A DNA stretch of 18,940 nucleotides from positions 1 to 18,940 of IMG/VR virus record IMGVR_UViG_3300011155_000013; one strand, written 5' to 3'. A program made the translations under genes and the position numbers. This DNA is from a virus. Its lineage: Duplodnaviria; Heunggongvirae; Uroviricota; Caudoviricetes. This document shows positions 1 to 6,652 of this stretch, in pieces (the first letter of the stretch is position 1; each line of letters begins with the position of its first letter). The notes under the pieces are model-generated. The model was not told the DNA's origin and ran no database searches. It was given only the letters and a program-made list of their open reading frames with translations.

Positions 1-288
1 GCGCAGAAGAGCAATCGGCTGGGGGTGAAGGTCACCGAACTGACCGCCGAGCAGAAACGGAACCTGGACCTGCCTGGTGGTGTGGTGATTACCGAAGTAC
101 TTAACGGGCCGGCGGCGATGATCGGGTTGCGACCGGGCGACGTCATATCTCACCTGAACAACCAGGCGATCGATTCGGCCAAGACCTTCAGTCGTGTGGC
201 GGAACAGTTGCCCAAGAACCGTTCGGTATCGATGCGTGTGTTGCGCCAGGGACGTGCCAGCTTCATTACCTTCAAGCTTGCCGAATAG
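1..288 (+). CDS. mucD: 3' end of MucD/DegP-family periplasmic serine protease (second PDZ domain); 5'-truncated by window
   Basis: Frame open from base 1 (AQKSNRLGVKV...GPAAMIGLRPGDVI...GRASFITFKLAE*). PDZ-type 'GLRPGDVI' motif and a C-terminus typical of Pseudomonas MucD; followed by the lepA start as in the algU-mucABCD-lepA-lepB locus. Confidence 0.88.
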   Translation, partial: AQKSNRLGVKVTELTAEQKRNLDLPGGVVITEVLNGPAAMIGLRPGDVISHLNNQAIDSAKTFSRVAEQLPKNRSVSMRVLRQGRASFITFKLAE

Positions 289-309
289 GTACCAGCACTT
301 CTGATTCGG

Positions 310-341
310 AAGGGCGGCCGAGAGGTCGCCCTTTTGTTTTT
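310..341 (+). terminator. Intrinsic terminator of mucD
   Basis: Stem AAGGGCGGCC (310-319) / GGTCGCCCTT (324-333) with one G-U pair, GAGA tetraloop, then TTGTTTTT. Confidence 0.85.
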
Positions 342-369
342 GTGCGCCAGGGGCAGTCCCGGTTCGGCG

Positions 370-398
370 TGGCGTCGCAAACTTCGATCAGTTACACT
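370..398 (+). promoter_or_regulatory. Possible sigma70 promoter of the host lepA operon
   Basis: TACACT (393-398) as -10, with a poor -35 TGGCGT (370-375) 17 bp upstream; lies between the mucD terminator and the lepA GTG. Confidence 0.3.
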
Positions 399-451
399 CC
401 CCGGCTATTTTCGGCGGGCAATCAGCCTGCGGCATTTTTGAGTGTTCAGTT

Positions 452-508
452 GTGAGTGACCTGAGTCATATCCGTAATTTTTCCATCATTGCGCACATCA
501 ATAATTGA
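452..508 (+). pseudogene. lepA: 5' fragment of lepA (EF-4) cut by the integration; contains the attL crossover
   Basis: GTG at 452 reads MSDLSHIRNFSIIAHI (452-499), the LepA N-terminus. It then reads NN-TGA instead of DHGKST, so homology ends inside the G1 motif. Confidence 0.9.
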
Positions 509-634
509 CCCCTCCGACACCCCCAGACAACCCCCGCCAACATACCCACTCAAACATAGATGAATACTGGCTTGTAGTGATATTGGCCATGTCATCTGAA
601 GTCAACCCAAGACACCTGCAGACACCAAAAGCGC

Positions 635-694
635 GTACATAGCTGTGTACATAGGGCAGCTCTGTGGCACGATGCACCTCCGGGGTATGTACAC
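635..694. repeat. Putative integrase arm-type binding sites
   Basis: GTACATAG direct repeat at 635-642 and 647-654; inverted GTGTACATAC at 685-694; located between attL and the int start. Confidence 0.55.
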
Positions 695-716
695 ACCCCT
701 GAAATGGAGGAATCAC

Positions 717-1949
717 ATGGCTTTGTCAGACTCCTGGCTGAAGGCCCACCACAAGAAGCCGCACGAGACGGCGATCGAGAAGGCAGACGGAGAAGGCCTG
801 GGCGTGCGGGTCTCCGCCACAGGCAAGATCGTTTTCCAGATGCGCTACCGGTTCGGCGGAAAGCCGGCCCGGCTCGACCTGGGTACATACCCACTGCTCT
901 CACTGCGTGAAGCGCGTACAGAACATCAGCGGTTGCGTACAGAACTGGAGAGGGGAAAAGACCCCCGCCATGTACGCAGCTCGGAGCGCGAGGAAGTGGC
1001 TCAGGTCTGGACCAACGAGCAGCTGTACCGCGAGTGGCATACGACCTACTGCGTGGAGAACAAGCTCCAGGCTGACGACTACCTTCGCAGCTTCGAGATC
1101 CACGTCTTCCCGAAGCTGGGAAAACTGCCGGCCGATCAAACGACTGCCCACCAGTGGCTCACCTTGATCGAGACCATCGCCGACAACACACCTTCAATCG
1201 CTGAGCGCATCCTGCAGACCACCAAGCAGATGCAGAAGTGGGCGCACCGCCGCGGGTTGATGAAGACCAAGCCGCTGATCGATGTCTCGGTGGCCGAAGA
1301 CCTGATGATCCAGAAGGAGCCGGCCGGGAGGGCCTTGAGCGAGGAGGAGATCAGGCTGTTCTGGTATGGCGTCGAGGCGTCCAGGATGGCGCCGGGCACG
1401 AAGATATTCCTGAAGCTGCTCCTGCTGTTCGGCTGCCGAGGAGTGGAGCTGCGTGAGCTGGACCCTGTCAAAGATCTCGATATGGAAGCCGGCGTGTGGA
1501 CCGTGCCGCCGGAGAAGAACAAGGTGCGTAAGCGAGTTCGCCGCGGGATCTACAGGCCGATCATCCAAGAGATTCGCCCACTGATAGATGAAGCGAAACG
1601 GCACTCACGCAGTTCGCACCTGCTGTTCACGCAGGAGAAAGCCCCCACGCCTCTCGGGGTGGGCGCCACGCTGAGCATGCCAGCGTCGGTGATGCGGAAC
1701 GTGAAGAGGGTCTACGGCGTCGAGATGAAACACTGGTCGCTGTACGACCTGCGCAAGACAGCTCGGACCAACTTCTCGACGCTGACGGATATGCATGTTG
1801 CCGAAGTGATGCTCGGTCACGCCCTGCAGGGGATGCAAGGCGTGTACGACCGCCACCTATATATAGAGGAGCAGGCTGCTGCCTACAAAAAGTGGTGGGA
1901 CAGAATCATGGAGATCGTGGCGACCCCGCCAAAAAGAAAGGAGGCCTAA
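717..1949 (+). CDS. int: Tyrosine recombinase/integrase with N-terminal arm-binding domain (DUF4102/Arm-DNA-bind_3 type), 410 aa
   Basis: GGAGG RBS at 706-710, ATG 717. N-terminal 'DGEGLGVRVSATGKIVFQMRYRFGGKPARLDLGTYPLLSLREAR'; catalytic R (GCRG, 1437), K (KNK), YDLR (1743-1754), LGH (1818), Y (VYDRH, 1845). Confidence 0.95.
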   Translation: MALSDSWLKAHHKKPHETAIEKADGEGLGVRVSATGKIVFQMRYRFGGKPARLDLGTYPLLSLREARTEHQRLRTELERGKDPRHVRSSEREEVAQVWTNEQLYREWHTTYCVENKLQADDYLRSFEIHVFPKLGKLPADQTTAHQWLTLIETIADNTPSIAERILQTTKQMQKWAHRRGLMKTKPLIDVSVAEDLMIQKEPAGRALSEEEIRLFWYGVEASRMAPGTKIFLKLLLLFGCRGVELRELDPVKDLDMEAGVWTVPPEKNKVRKRVRRGIYRPIIQEIRPLIDEAKRHSRSSHLLFTQEKAPTPLGVGATLSMPASVMRNVKRVYGVEMKHWSLYDLRKTARTNFSTLTDMHVAEVMLGHALQGMQGVYDRHLYIEEQAAAYKKWWDRIMEIVATPPKRKEA

Positions 1950-1960
1950 GCCTCCTTTCT
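1931..1960 (-). terminator. Hairpin shared by the int and xis 3' ends; intrinsic terminator for the leftward arm, possibly bidirectional
   Basis: Perfect 11-bp inverted repeat AGAAAGGAGGC (1935-1945) / GCCTCCTTTCT (1950-1960) with loop CTAA; the A-run at 1931-1935 gives a U-tract on the minus strand. Confidence 0.75.
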
Positions 1961-2143
1961 CATTGCCCCGGCTTCCCAGGTCTCCACCTCCTCGAGGAGG
2001 TACAGGTTCTCGGAGCCATTGTGGCTGATGGCCGGCTTCGGGAACCCGCGAGTTTCTGGCCAGCGGGCGAGGGTGCGGGAAGTCTTCCCGTACCGCTCAC
2101 ACAGCTCTGACGTGGAAATGAATTTCTTGGCTACCTCGCTCAT
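1946..2143 (-). CDS. xis: Excisionase/recombination directionality factor (AlpA/Xis-type winged HTH), 65 aa
   Basis: Short basic HTH pattern 'FISTSELCERYGKTSRTLARW...GFPKP...LYLLEEVETWE'; adjacent and convergent to int. Confidence 0.8.
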   Translation of the reverse strand: MSEVAKKFISTSELCERYGKTSRTLARWPETRGFPKPAISHNGSENLYLLEEVETWEAGAMRKEA

Positions 2144-2334
2144 GGTCTCTCTTTCTCCATCATGATCTCGAGTCGGCGGATGTCGTGGGCGATCTTCCTG
2201 GCAAGCAGGCTTGCCGAGCCGCAGCCCAGGGCATGCGGCATCTCAAAGGTAAGGCTCGCCTCGACGTGGCGGTCTTCTGCCTGGCGGGGCGTCTGTTCGA
2301 GTGCTTCAAGCACCTTGGATACTGCGTCGTTCAC
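2140..2334 (-). CDS. Hypothetical protein, 64 aa
   Basis: GTG start; stop overlaps the xis start (ATGA). Confidence 0.6.
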   Translation of the reverse strand: MNDAVSKVLEALEQTPRQAEDRHVEASLTFEMPHALGCGSASLLARKIAHDIRRLEIMMEKERP

Positions 2335-2370
2335 TCTGGTGTCTGCCCCTGTCTGAGGTTGGCCATACTA

Positions 2371-2406
2371 CTGGTTTACAGTATTTGTGTAAATACAGGA
2401 ATACGG
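2371..2406. promoter_or_regulatory. Compound degenerate CTGTAWWTACAG boxes
   Basis: CTGGTTTACAG (2371-2381), GTGTAAATACAG (2387-2398, 11/12) and extra half-site GAATACGG (2399-2406); intergenic. Confidence 0.55.
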
Positions 2407-2634
2407 TCAAGCTGACGCGGCTAGCTCATTCTCGAGCTTCCAGATGAGGACGTTGCGGTCCCTCCAGGTGCGTAGATCCACGATGTCTTCTCCGGATGCC
2501 GCGGCTTTCTTGAGCAGCAGGCGAGACAGGCTGCGATCCAGGCCTGTTTCAGCTGCCACCTCGCGCCAGGTGATCGGCTCGTCGTCGCGGAAGTAAATGG
2601 GGCCTTGCGGAGTGCGCTGGACAGATATTCTCAT
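2407..2634 (-). CDS. Hypothetical protein, 75 aa
   Basis: AAGGAA RBS before ATG 2634 (MRISVQRTPQGPIYF...); AT-rich upstream gap. Confidence 0.65.
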   Translation of the reverse strand: MRISVQRTPQGPIYFRDDEPITWREVAAETGLDRSLSRLLLKKAAASGEDIVDLRTWRDRNVLIWKLENELAASA

Positions 2635-2670
2635 CTTCAATTCCTTCAATATTCAAGTTTTCTTATATAG

Positions 2671-2859
2671 CTATCGTCTCGCCATTCCCTCCCCGGAACA
2701 GCGATCGAGTGTTCGTTGGTAACTCTTCAGGTCCTTACCTACTCCGTGGATGGCCAATTTTGTCGGGCAGCTGTGAATGGCTGTGGGCTCTGGCAACGGG
2801 CCTGCAACTACGGGTCCCATTAGCTGCAGGCAAGTGCCGAGCGTGTACGCTGCCATCAC
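2671..2859 (-). CDS. Doubtful 62-aa ORF
   Basis: Fills a gap on the arm's coding strand, but has no clear RBS and no coupling to neighbours. Confidence 0.25.
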   Translation of the reverse strand: MMAAYTLGTCLQLMGPVVAGPLPEPTAIHSCPTKLAIHGVGKDLKSYQRTLDRCSGEGMARR

Positions 2860-2886
2860 CCAGCCGGCGAGGAAGCGATCCGTACG

Positions 2887-3684
2887 CTACGCCGGAACGC
2901 CTTCAGCCAGCATGCGGCGCACGTTCTTGGCCAGTTCCACCGGCACTACCTGCTGCGCCTTCTTCGCTTTCTGCGGGAGCATCGCGGCGGCTTCGGGGAA
3001 CAGGTCTGCGAGCTGCTTCTCAGTGCGGCAGGCGTCGAGCAGGTCGCTGACCTTTTCGTGGTAGTCCAGAGCCTGGGTCAGGATCGACATGAACTCGGCG
3101 GACAGTTCGCCGACCTGCTTGACCAGAGGGGCGAGGGCACGGATGCGGGCCTGCTCGAGCTGGTCGACTTCCTTGATGTTCTCCGGTTCGAGGCCCCGGA
3201 GGTTGATATGGTGGTCGGTTGCGAAGGCGGGTAACACGCGGTCGAACCGTGGGGTGAATTTGCGGATGTCGAGTTGGCTGTTCCAGCTGGCGACTCTGAC
3301 TTCCAGCGCCGAAAATACCGGGTCCCACTTACCGCTCATCGCCCTGAGAAGCTGGTTGAAGACCTTCTCGTCGACTTTGTAGGTACTGCTGTGCCCACCC
3401 AGTTGAGTCGAGTGGGTGCGGAGGCGGCCCTTGTCGTCTCGTTCGGCTGGGTAGACCGTAGTTTCAACGCTCTTCCTTCCGGTCATGATGTGCAGCTGAA
3501 TCATCTTGTTCCAGCTGCTCTCCGGCACTTCCGGGATCAGCGACGCCAGGTGACGGGCATGCACCTCGGTGAATTTCGTGTTCAGGGCTTTGACTTTCTT
3601 GGCCATGGCCGGCGCGTGCTTCTCGATCGCCTTGGCGGTGAGTTTGGCGGCCAGGTCTTTGCGGATTTCTTTCGTCAGGGTCAT
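2887..3684 (-). CDS. Nmad5-like (nucleotide-modification-associated domain 5) protein, 265 aa
   Basis: N-terminal 'MTLTKEIRKDL' and C-terminal 'CRTEKQLADLFPEAAAMLP' resemble the Nmad5 family ends as I recall them; not searched. Confidence 0.6.
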   Translation of the reverse strand: MTLTKEIRKDLAAKLTAKAIEKHAPAMAKKVKALNTKFTEVHARHLASLIPEVPESSWNKMIQLHIMTGRKSVETTVYPAERDDKGRLRTHSTQLGGHSSTYKVDEKVFNQLLRAMSGKWDPVFSALEVRVASWNSQLDIRKFTPRFDRVLPAFATDHHINLRGLEPENIKEVDQLEQARIRALAPLVKQVGELSAEFMSILTQALDYHEKVSDLLDACRTEKQLADLFPEAAAMLPQKAKKAQQVVPVELAKNVRRMLAEGVPA

Positions 3685-3713
3685 AGTGAATTCCAGGTTC
3701 TAATTTAATAAGG

Positions 3714-3729
3714 AAATACAGTAATACAG
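3714..3729. promoter_or_regulatory. Tandem half-sites AAATACAG-TAATACAG in AT-rich junction upstream of the Nmad5-like gene
   Basis: 14/16 identical to 2391-2406; shares the ATACAG half-site of the 12-bp box. Confidence 0.5.
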
Positions 3730-3737
3730 GTTTGCCG

Positions 3738-4094
3738 CTATGGATAGACCTCCCAGGTCCCGTAGCTGCCGTTCTCAAACTTCCGGGTGAGGCAGTCTCT
3801 CCCTCGGTGCCAGGCATCCCGCTTGATCAGCAGTGCCTGGTCGAAGTCCTTCGCGGCGCGGTAGATGAGCAGTCGCCGGCGGTCGTCGGTGTCCTCCCCA
3901 AGCAGGTGATAGCCGAGCTCAACAGCCTGCTCTTCGGCCCGTTTGCGAAACTGCGGCCACTGGGCGGGATCGATCAGGTCTCGCCCTTCTTCGTCGATGA
4001 CCCTAAACCGGTTGCTGAGCCAGCACGCGCCCGGAAGCACCGACGACTCGTGGTAGGCGACCTCTCTGAGGAGCCTTGCATACTTTTCTGACAT
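3738..4094 (-). CDS. Hypothetical protein, 118 aa
   Basis: GAGG RBS before ATG 4094; coding-like composition. Confidence 0.75.
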   Translation of the reverse strand: MSEKYARLLREVAYHESSVLPGACWLSNRFRVIDEEGRDLIDPAQWPQFRKRAEEQAVELGYHLLGEDTDDRRRLLIYRAAKDFDQALLIKRDAWHRGRDCLTRKFENGSYGTWEVYP

Positions 4095-4246
4095 GACCCG
4101 TCCTCCAGGAGCAGGCGTAGCAGTTCTTCTTCCAGTTGGTACAGCTCATCGTCCAGCTTGTGAAAGTCTTCAGCGCTGAGTGCCAACGGGTCCCACCGCT
4201 CGTAGAGTTCAGCAACTCTGGCTTCTAGCTCGCGGACTCGTTGCAT
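3974..4246 (-). CDS. Hypothetical acidic helical protein (about 51-aa core; frame runs 121 nt into the next gene)
   Basis: GAGG upstream of ATG 4246; MQRVRELEARVAELYERWDPLALSAEDFHKLDDELYQLEEELLRLLLED looks like an amphipathic helix. Confidence 0.6.
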   Translation of the reverse strand: MQRVRELEARVAELYERWDPLALSAEDFHKLDDELYQLEEELLRLLLEDGSCQKSMQGSSERSPTTSRRCFRARAGSATGLGSSTKKGET

Positions 4247-4473
4247 TTGGTCTCAACCTCGTTCATTGCCTCGGCGTAGTCCTCGAACGGGTGGGTCCGG
4301 AACAGGTGGGCCAGCTGGTGGACAATCAGCCTGCAGGCGGGGTCTTTGAGTATCGCGTTGGTGTCTCCACCGGCGTCTCGGATCTCGTAGATCGCCTGCT
4401 GCAGGCCACGGGCGAGGGGAATGGGATTGCAGGCGCCGTCCTGGGCAATCTTGGCGGTTTCGAATCGGTTCAT
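4225..4473 (-). CDS. Hypothetical phage protein, 82 aa
   Basis: GAGGT RBS; ATGA-coupled to the upstream ORF. Confidence 0.75.
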   Translation of the reverse strand: MNRFETAKIAQDGACNPIPLARGLQQAIYEIRDAGGDTNAILKDPACRLIVHQLAHLFRTHPFEDYAEAMNEVETKCNESAS

Positions 4474-4634
4474 GCTTCACCTCTGGCGAGTTGCCAGTCA
4501 CTGATATTTTCGTTGATGAGAGGGCGGAATGGGCCTTGAACGTCCATCGTGCCGTCGCGGTTCACCTTGATGATGACGCCGGTGATGGTGTGGTTGTCGG
4601 CCCGGCGGACATAGTCACCGCGGCGTGGGGTCAT
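4470..4634 (-). CDS. Small hypothetical protein, 54 aa (MTPRRGDYVRRADNHTITGVIIKVNRDGTMDVQGPF...), KOW/SH3-like; not in ORF track
   Basis: Translated by hand; start overlaps the upstream TGA (TGATG) and stop overlaps the downstream ATG (ATGA). Confidence 0.7.
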   Translation of the reverse strand: MTPRRGDYVRRADNHTITGVIIKVNRDGTMDVQGPFRPLINENISDWQLARGEA

Positions 4635-5245
4635 CAGCATGGCCGCACCTGCTCGTGGTAGTGGTCGACGATGTCGCTGAACAACTCGGCTTCCTTGACC
4701 CAGTGCGCCACATGGCCGTCGCCCATGCTCTTGAGCAGGCTGTGCTCGCCGTGCGTAGCTTCGAAGTCCATCACGTCGTCCGGGTCATCGCTCTTGTAGA
4801 GCACGACCGCCGGCCGATCGGCGTAGGTGCCGTGGAGCGCGCCGCCGGAGATGTCGGCGACGATGCGGACGGGGGTCAGCAGGGCGTTCAGCGCCTCCAG
4901 TAACTGCTTGGCGGTCTCCTCGTTCGGCTCGTTGGTAATATGTAGATGGGAGGTGACCTCACCGAGACGCACGGTTGCCTCGATGACCGCCCCGACGCCG
5001 TTGAATTCGCCCAGCACGGTTCTGGATCCGAACCCTGGTTCACCCTCGCGGCGCACCGCCACCGTGCTATCGCCCGCCCAGCAGACCTCGAGGTGTTCGG
5101 GGAGGTCACAGTGGCCGCCGGCCTGGCGCGCGAGTTCCAGCAGATCAGCGTCCTGGTCCTCGGCTATTTCGTAGTAGACGTCGCCCTCGTCCGCGAAGAA
5201 TATGGCGATGGCCGGGAGTAGCTTGAATCCTATGATCTTCATCAC
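4634..5245 (-). CDS. Hypothetical acidic protein, about 203 aa
   Basis: Long ORF coupled to the ardA stop; start is GTG 5245 or ATG 5242. Confidence 0.8.
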   Translation of the reverse strand: MMKIIGFKLLPAIAIFFADEGDVYYEIAEDQDADLLELARQAGGHCDLPEHLEVCWAGDSTVAVRREGEPGFGSRTVLGEFNGVGAVIEATVRLGEVTSHLHITNEPNEETAKQLLEALNALLTPVRIVADISGGALHGTYADRPAVVLYKSDDPDDVMDFEATHGEHSLLKSMGDGHVAHWVKEAELFSDIVDHYHEQVRPC

Positions 5246-5922
5246 CAGTTGCTCCAGAAAAAGTGGCCGTTGTGCTCGCTGATGTCGCAGTCGTCCTTCC
5301 AGACCCGCTCCCAGTCGATGTAGTGGAAGAAGTGGCTGTCGTCCTTGATCTGGCCGGTTTCGATAGCGAACTCCTGCTCCATCTCGGCGCCACTGTCGTA
5401 CTTACCGCGGTAGGCCCCACGAATAGTGCTGATCGGCGTGTCGTTGGTACCGAAGCAGTGTTCGAACGCCTCCAGGATCTCCTGGCCGTCGTCGCCGAAC
5501 TCTTCCTCGGCCTCGGCGATGCGCTCTCGGATCTCGTAGAGCTTGTCGAAGCTGGTGTACTCGCCGACGCTGCCCTCGGGGAACCCTTCGTGGTCGTGGA
5601 TGGCCCACTCTTCGGCGGAGGGGACTTCACCGGTGCCGTGGCAGTGACTGCACCGGTGCCAGGTGGTGATAGAAGGGAGACCGAGTCGTCGAACCTCTGC
5701 GTCATCGCACCCGTGGCGCACCACCATGACCTCTTCGACGCCTTCACACTCTGGGCACTCGACCATCACGTTCGGGTAGGGGCTGGTTATCAGCACCTGC
5801 TCCTTCACGGCCTTGCTCAGATCCTCGGCATCGACATAGTCATCGAGGTCGAGCCAGGCCCCGTGAAGTCGGCCGTTGTTGTAGCTGGCGAGGCATGCGA
5901 CGTAGATGCGCATAATTTCCAT
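5242..5922 (-). CDS. ardA: ArdA antirestriction protein with a CxxC...CxxCxGxG insertion, 226 aa
   Basis: 'RIYVACLASYNNGRLHGAWLDL', 'EEWAIHDHEG', 'GEY', 'YIDWER'; about 49 D+E in 226 aa; AAGGAG RBS at 5929-5934. Confidence 0.92.
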   Translation of the reverse strand: MEIMRIYVACLASYNNGRLHGAWLDLDDYVDAEDLSKAVKEQVLITSPYPNVMVECPECEGVEEVMVVRHGCDDAEVRRLGLPSITTWHRCSHCHGTGEVPSAEEWAIHDHEGFPEGSVGEYTSFDKLYEIRERIAEAEEEFGDDGQEILEAFEHCFGTNDTPISTIRGAYRGKYDSGAEMEQEFAIETGQIKDDSHFFHYIDWERVWKDDCDISEHNGHFFWSNW

Positions 5923-5938
5923 GCTTATCTCCTTAATG

Positions 5939-5950
5939 CTGTAAATACAG
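5939..5950. promoter_or_regulatory. 12-bp palindromic box upstream of the ardA RBS
   Basis: CTGTAAATACAG, between the upstream stop (5952) and the RBS (5934). Confidence 0.7.
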
Positions 5951-5951
5951 G

Positions 5952-6173
5952 TCAATCGACGAGTTCAGTGACGTGTTCTTTGATGACCTCGCCGTCCTTG
6001 AACAGGGTGACCGGTTCGCCGGCTACTCGGCCGTAGCCGGCCTTGCTGAGCTGGACGTACTCGTCAAACTCAGCTACTGCGATGGCGGCGTGTGGGCCTC
6101 GGTAGACGACGCCGATGTTGCCGGCGGTGAGTTCGTAGATCGGCGTGGTTTTGGCCGAGAAATTGGTTGGCAT
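5952..6173 (-). CDS. Hypothetical phage protein, 73 aa
   Basis: AAGGA RBS; co-oriented and tightly packed. Confidence 0.75.
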   Translation of the reverse strand: MPTNFSAKTTPIYELTAGNIGVVYRGPHAAIAVAEFDEYVQLSKAGYGRVAGEPVTLFKDGEVIKEHVTELVD

Positions 6174-6176
6174 GGG

Positions 6177-6377
6177 TCAGTCCTTATGCCGTGTGATGAA
6201 GTGCTCCAGCGCGTTGGCCATCTCTTCTGGCAGAGGCGGTGGGAAGCTCGGGAAGACGATCTCATCGAACTCCGCGCCCACCTCACCGAGCTCCTCGGTC
6301 TTGTTGGTGACATCGATCGCCGCGTCCAGTGCCTCCAGCAAGTTGGTGGCTATGCGGATCAGGTCCTGCTTGGTCAT
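6177..6377 (-). CDS. Hypothetical acidic protein, 66 aa
   Basis: GGAGG RBS; ATGA coupling; 14 D+E. Confidence 0.75.
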   Translation of the reverse strand: MTKQDLIRIATNLLEALDAAIDVTNKTEELGEVGAEFDEIVFPSFPPPLPEEMANALEHFITRHKD

Positions 6378-6649
6378 GCGTCAGCCCTCCGGCGATTGAA
6401 ATAGCCGAGCACCGCGCGCAGTTCGCCGTAGGCGGTGAGGCCCGTTGTGAGGTCGAAGTCGATGACGCCTTCTTCGCCCTCAGCCAGGTGGTTCAGCTCT
6501 CCGCAGAACTCGGCGTCGGCCTCGTCGCACATGATCTGCAGGTCTTCCTTGGCACCGTCACCGTCGAAGGTTTTCACCCAGATGACGCGGTCCTCGGTGA
6601 TGGAGCTTCCGCCGTCGAAGCCGGCGGCTGTGATCTCGTAGACGGTCAT
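6374..6649 (-). CDS. Hypothetical acidic protein, 91 aa
   Basis: AGGAGG RBS; 20 D+E versus 7 K+R. Confidence 0.8.
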   Translation of the reverse strand: MTVYEITAAGFDGGSSITEDRVIWVKTFDGDGAKEDLQIMCDEADAEFCGELNHLAEGEEGVIDFDLTTGLTAYGELRAVLGYFNRRRADA

Positions 6650-6652
6650 TGG

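Noticed and set aside
289-716. tRNA/tmRNA attachment site
   Set aside because: No cloverleaf or T-loop motif is visible; the lepA fragment explains the junction.
498-716. 72-aa minus-strand ORF over attL
   Set aside because: It overlaps the recombination-site repeats and has atypical composition and no RBS; more likely non-coding att DNA.
914-945. GCGTACAGAAC direct repeat (914-924, 935-945) inside int
   Set aside because: It encodes RTE twice one helical repeat apart. It shares GTACA with the arm sites, but there is no independent support for a binding role.
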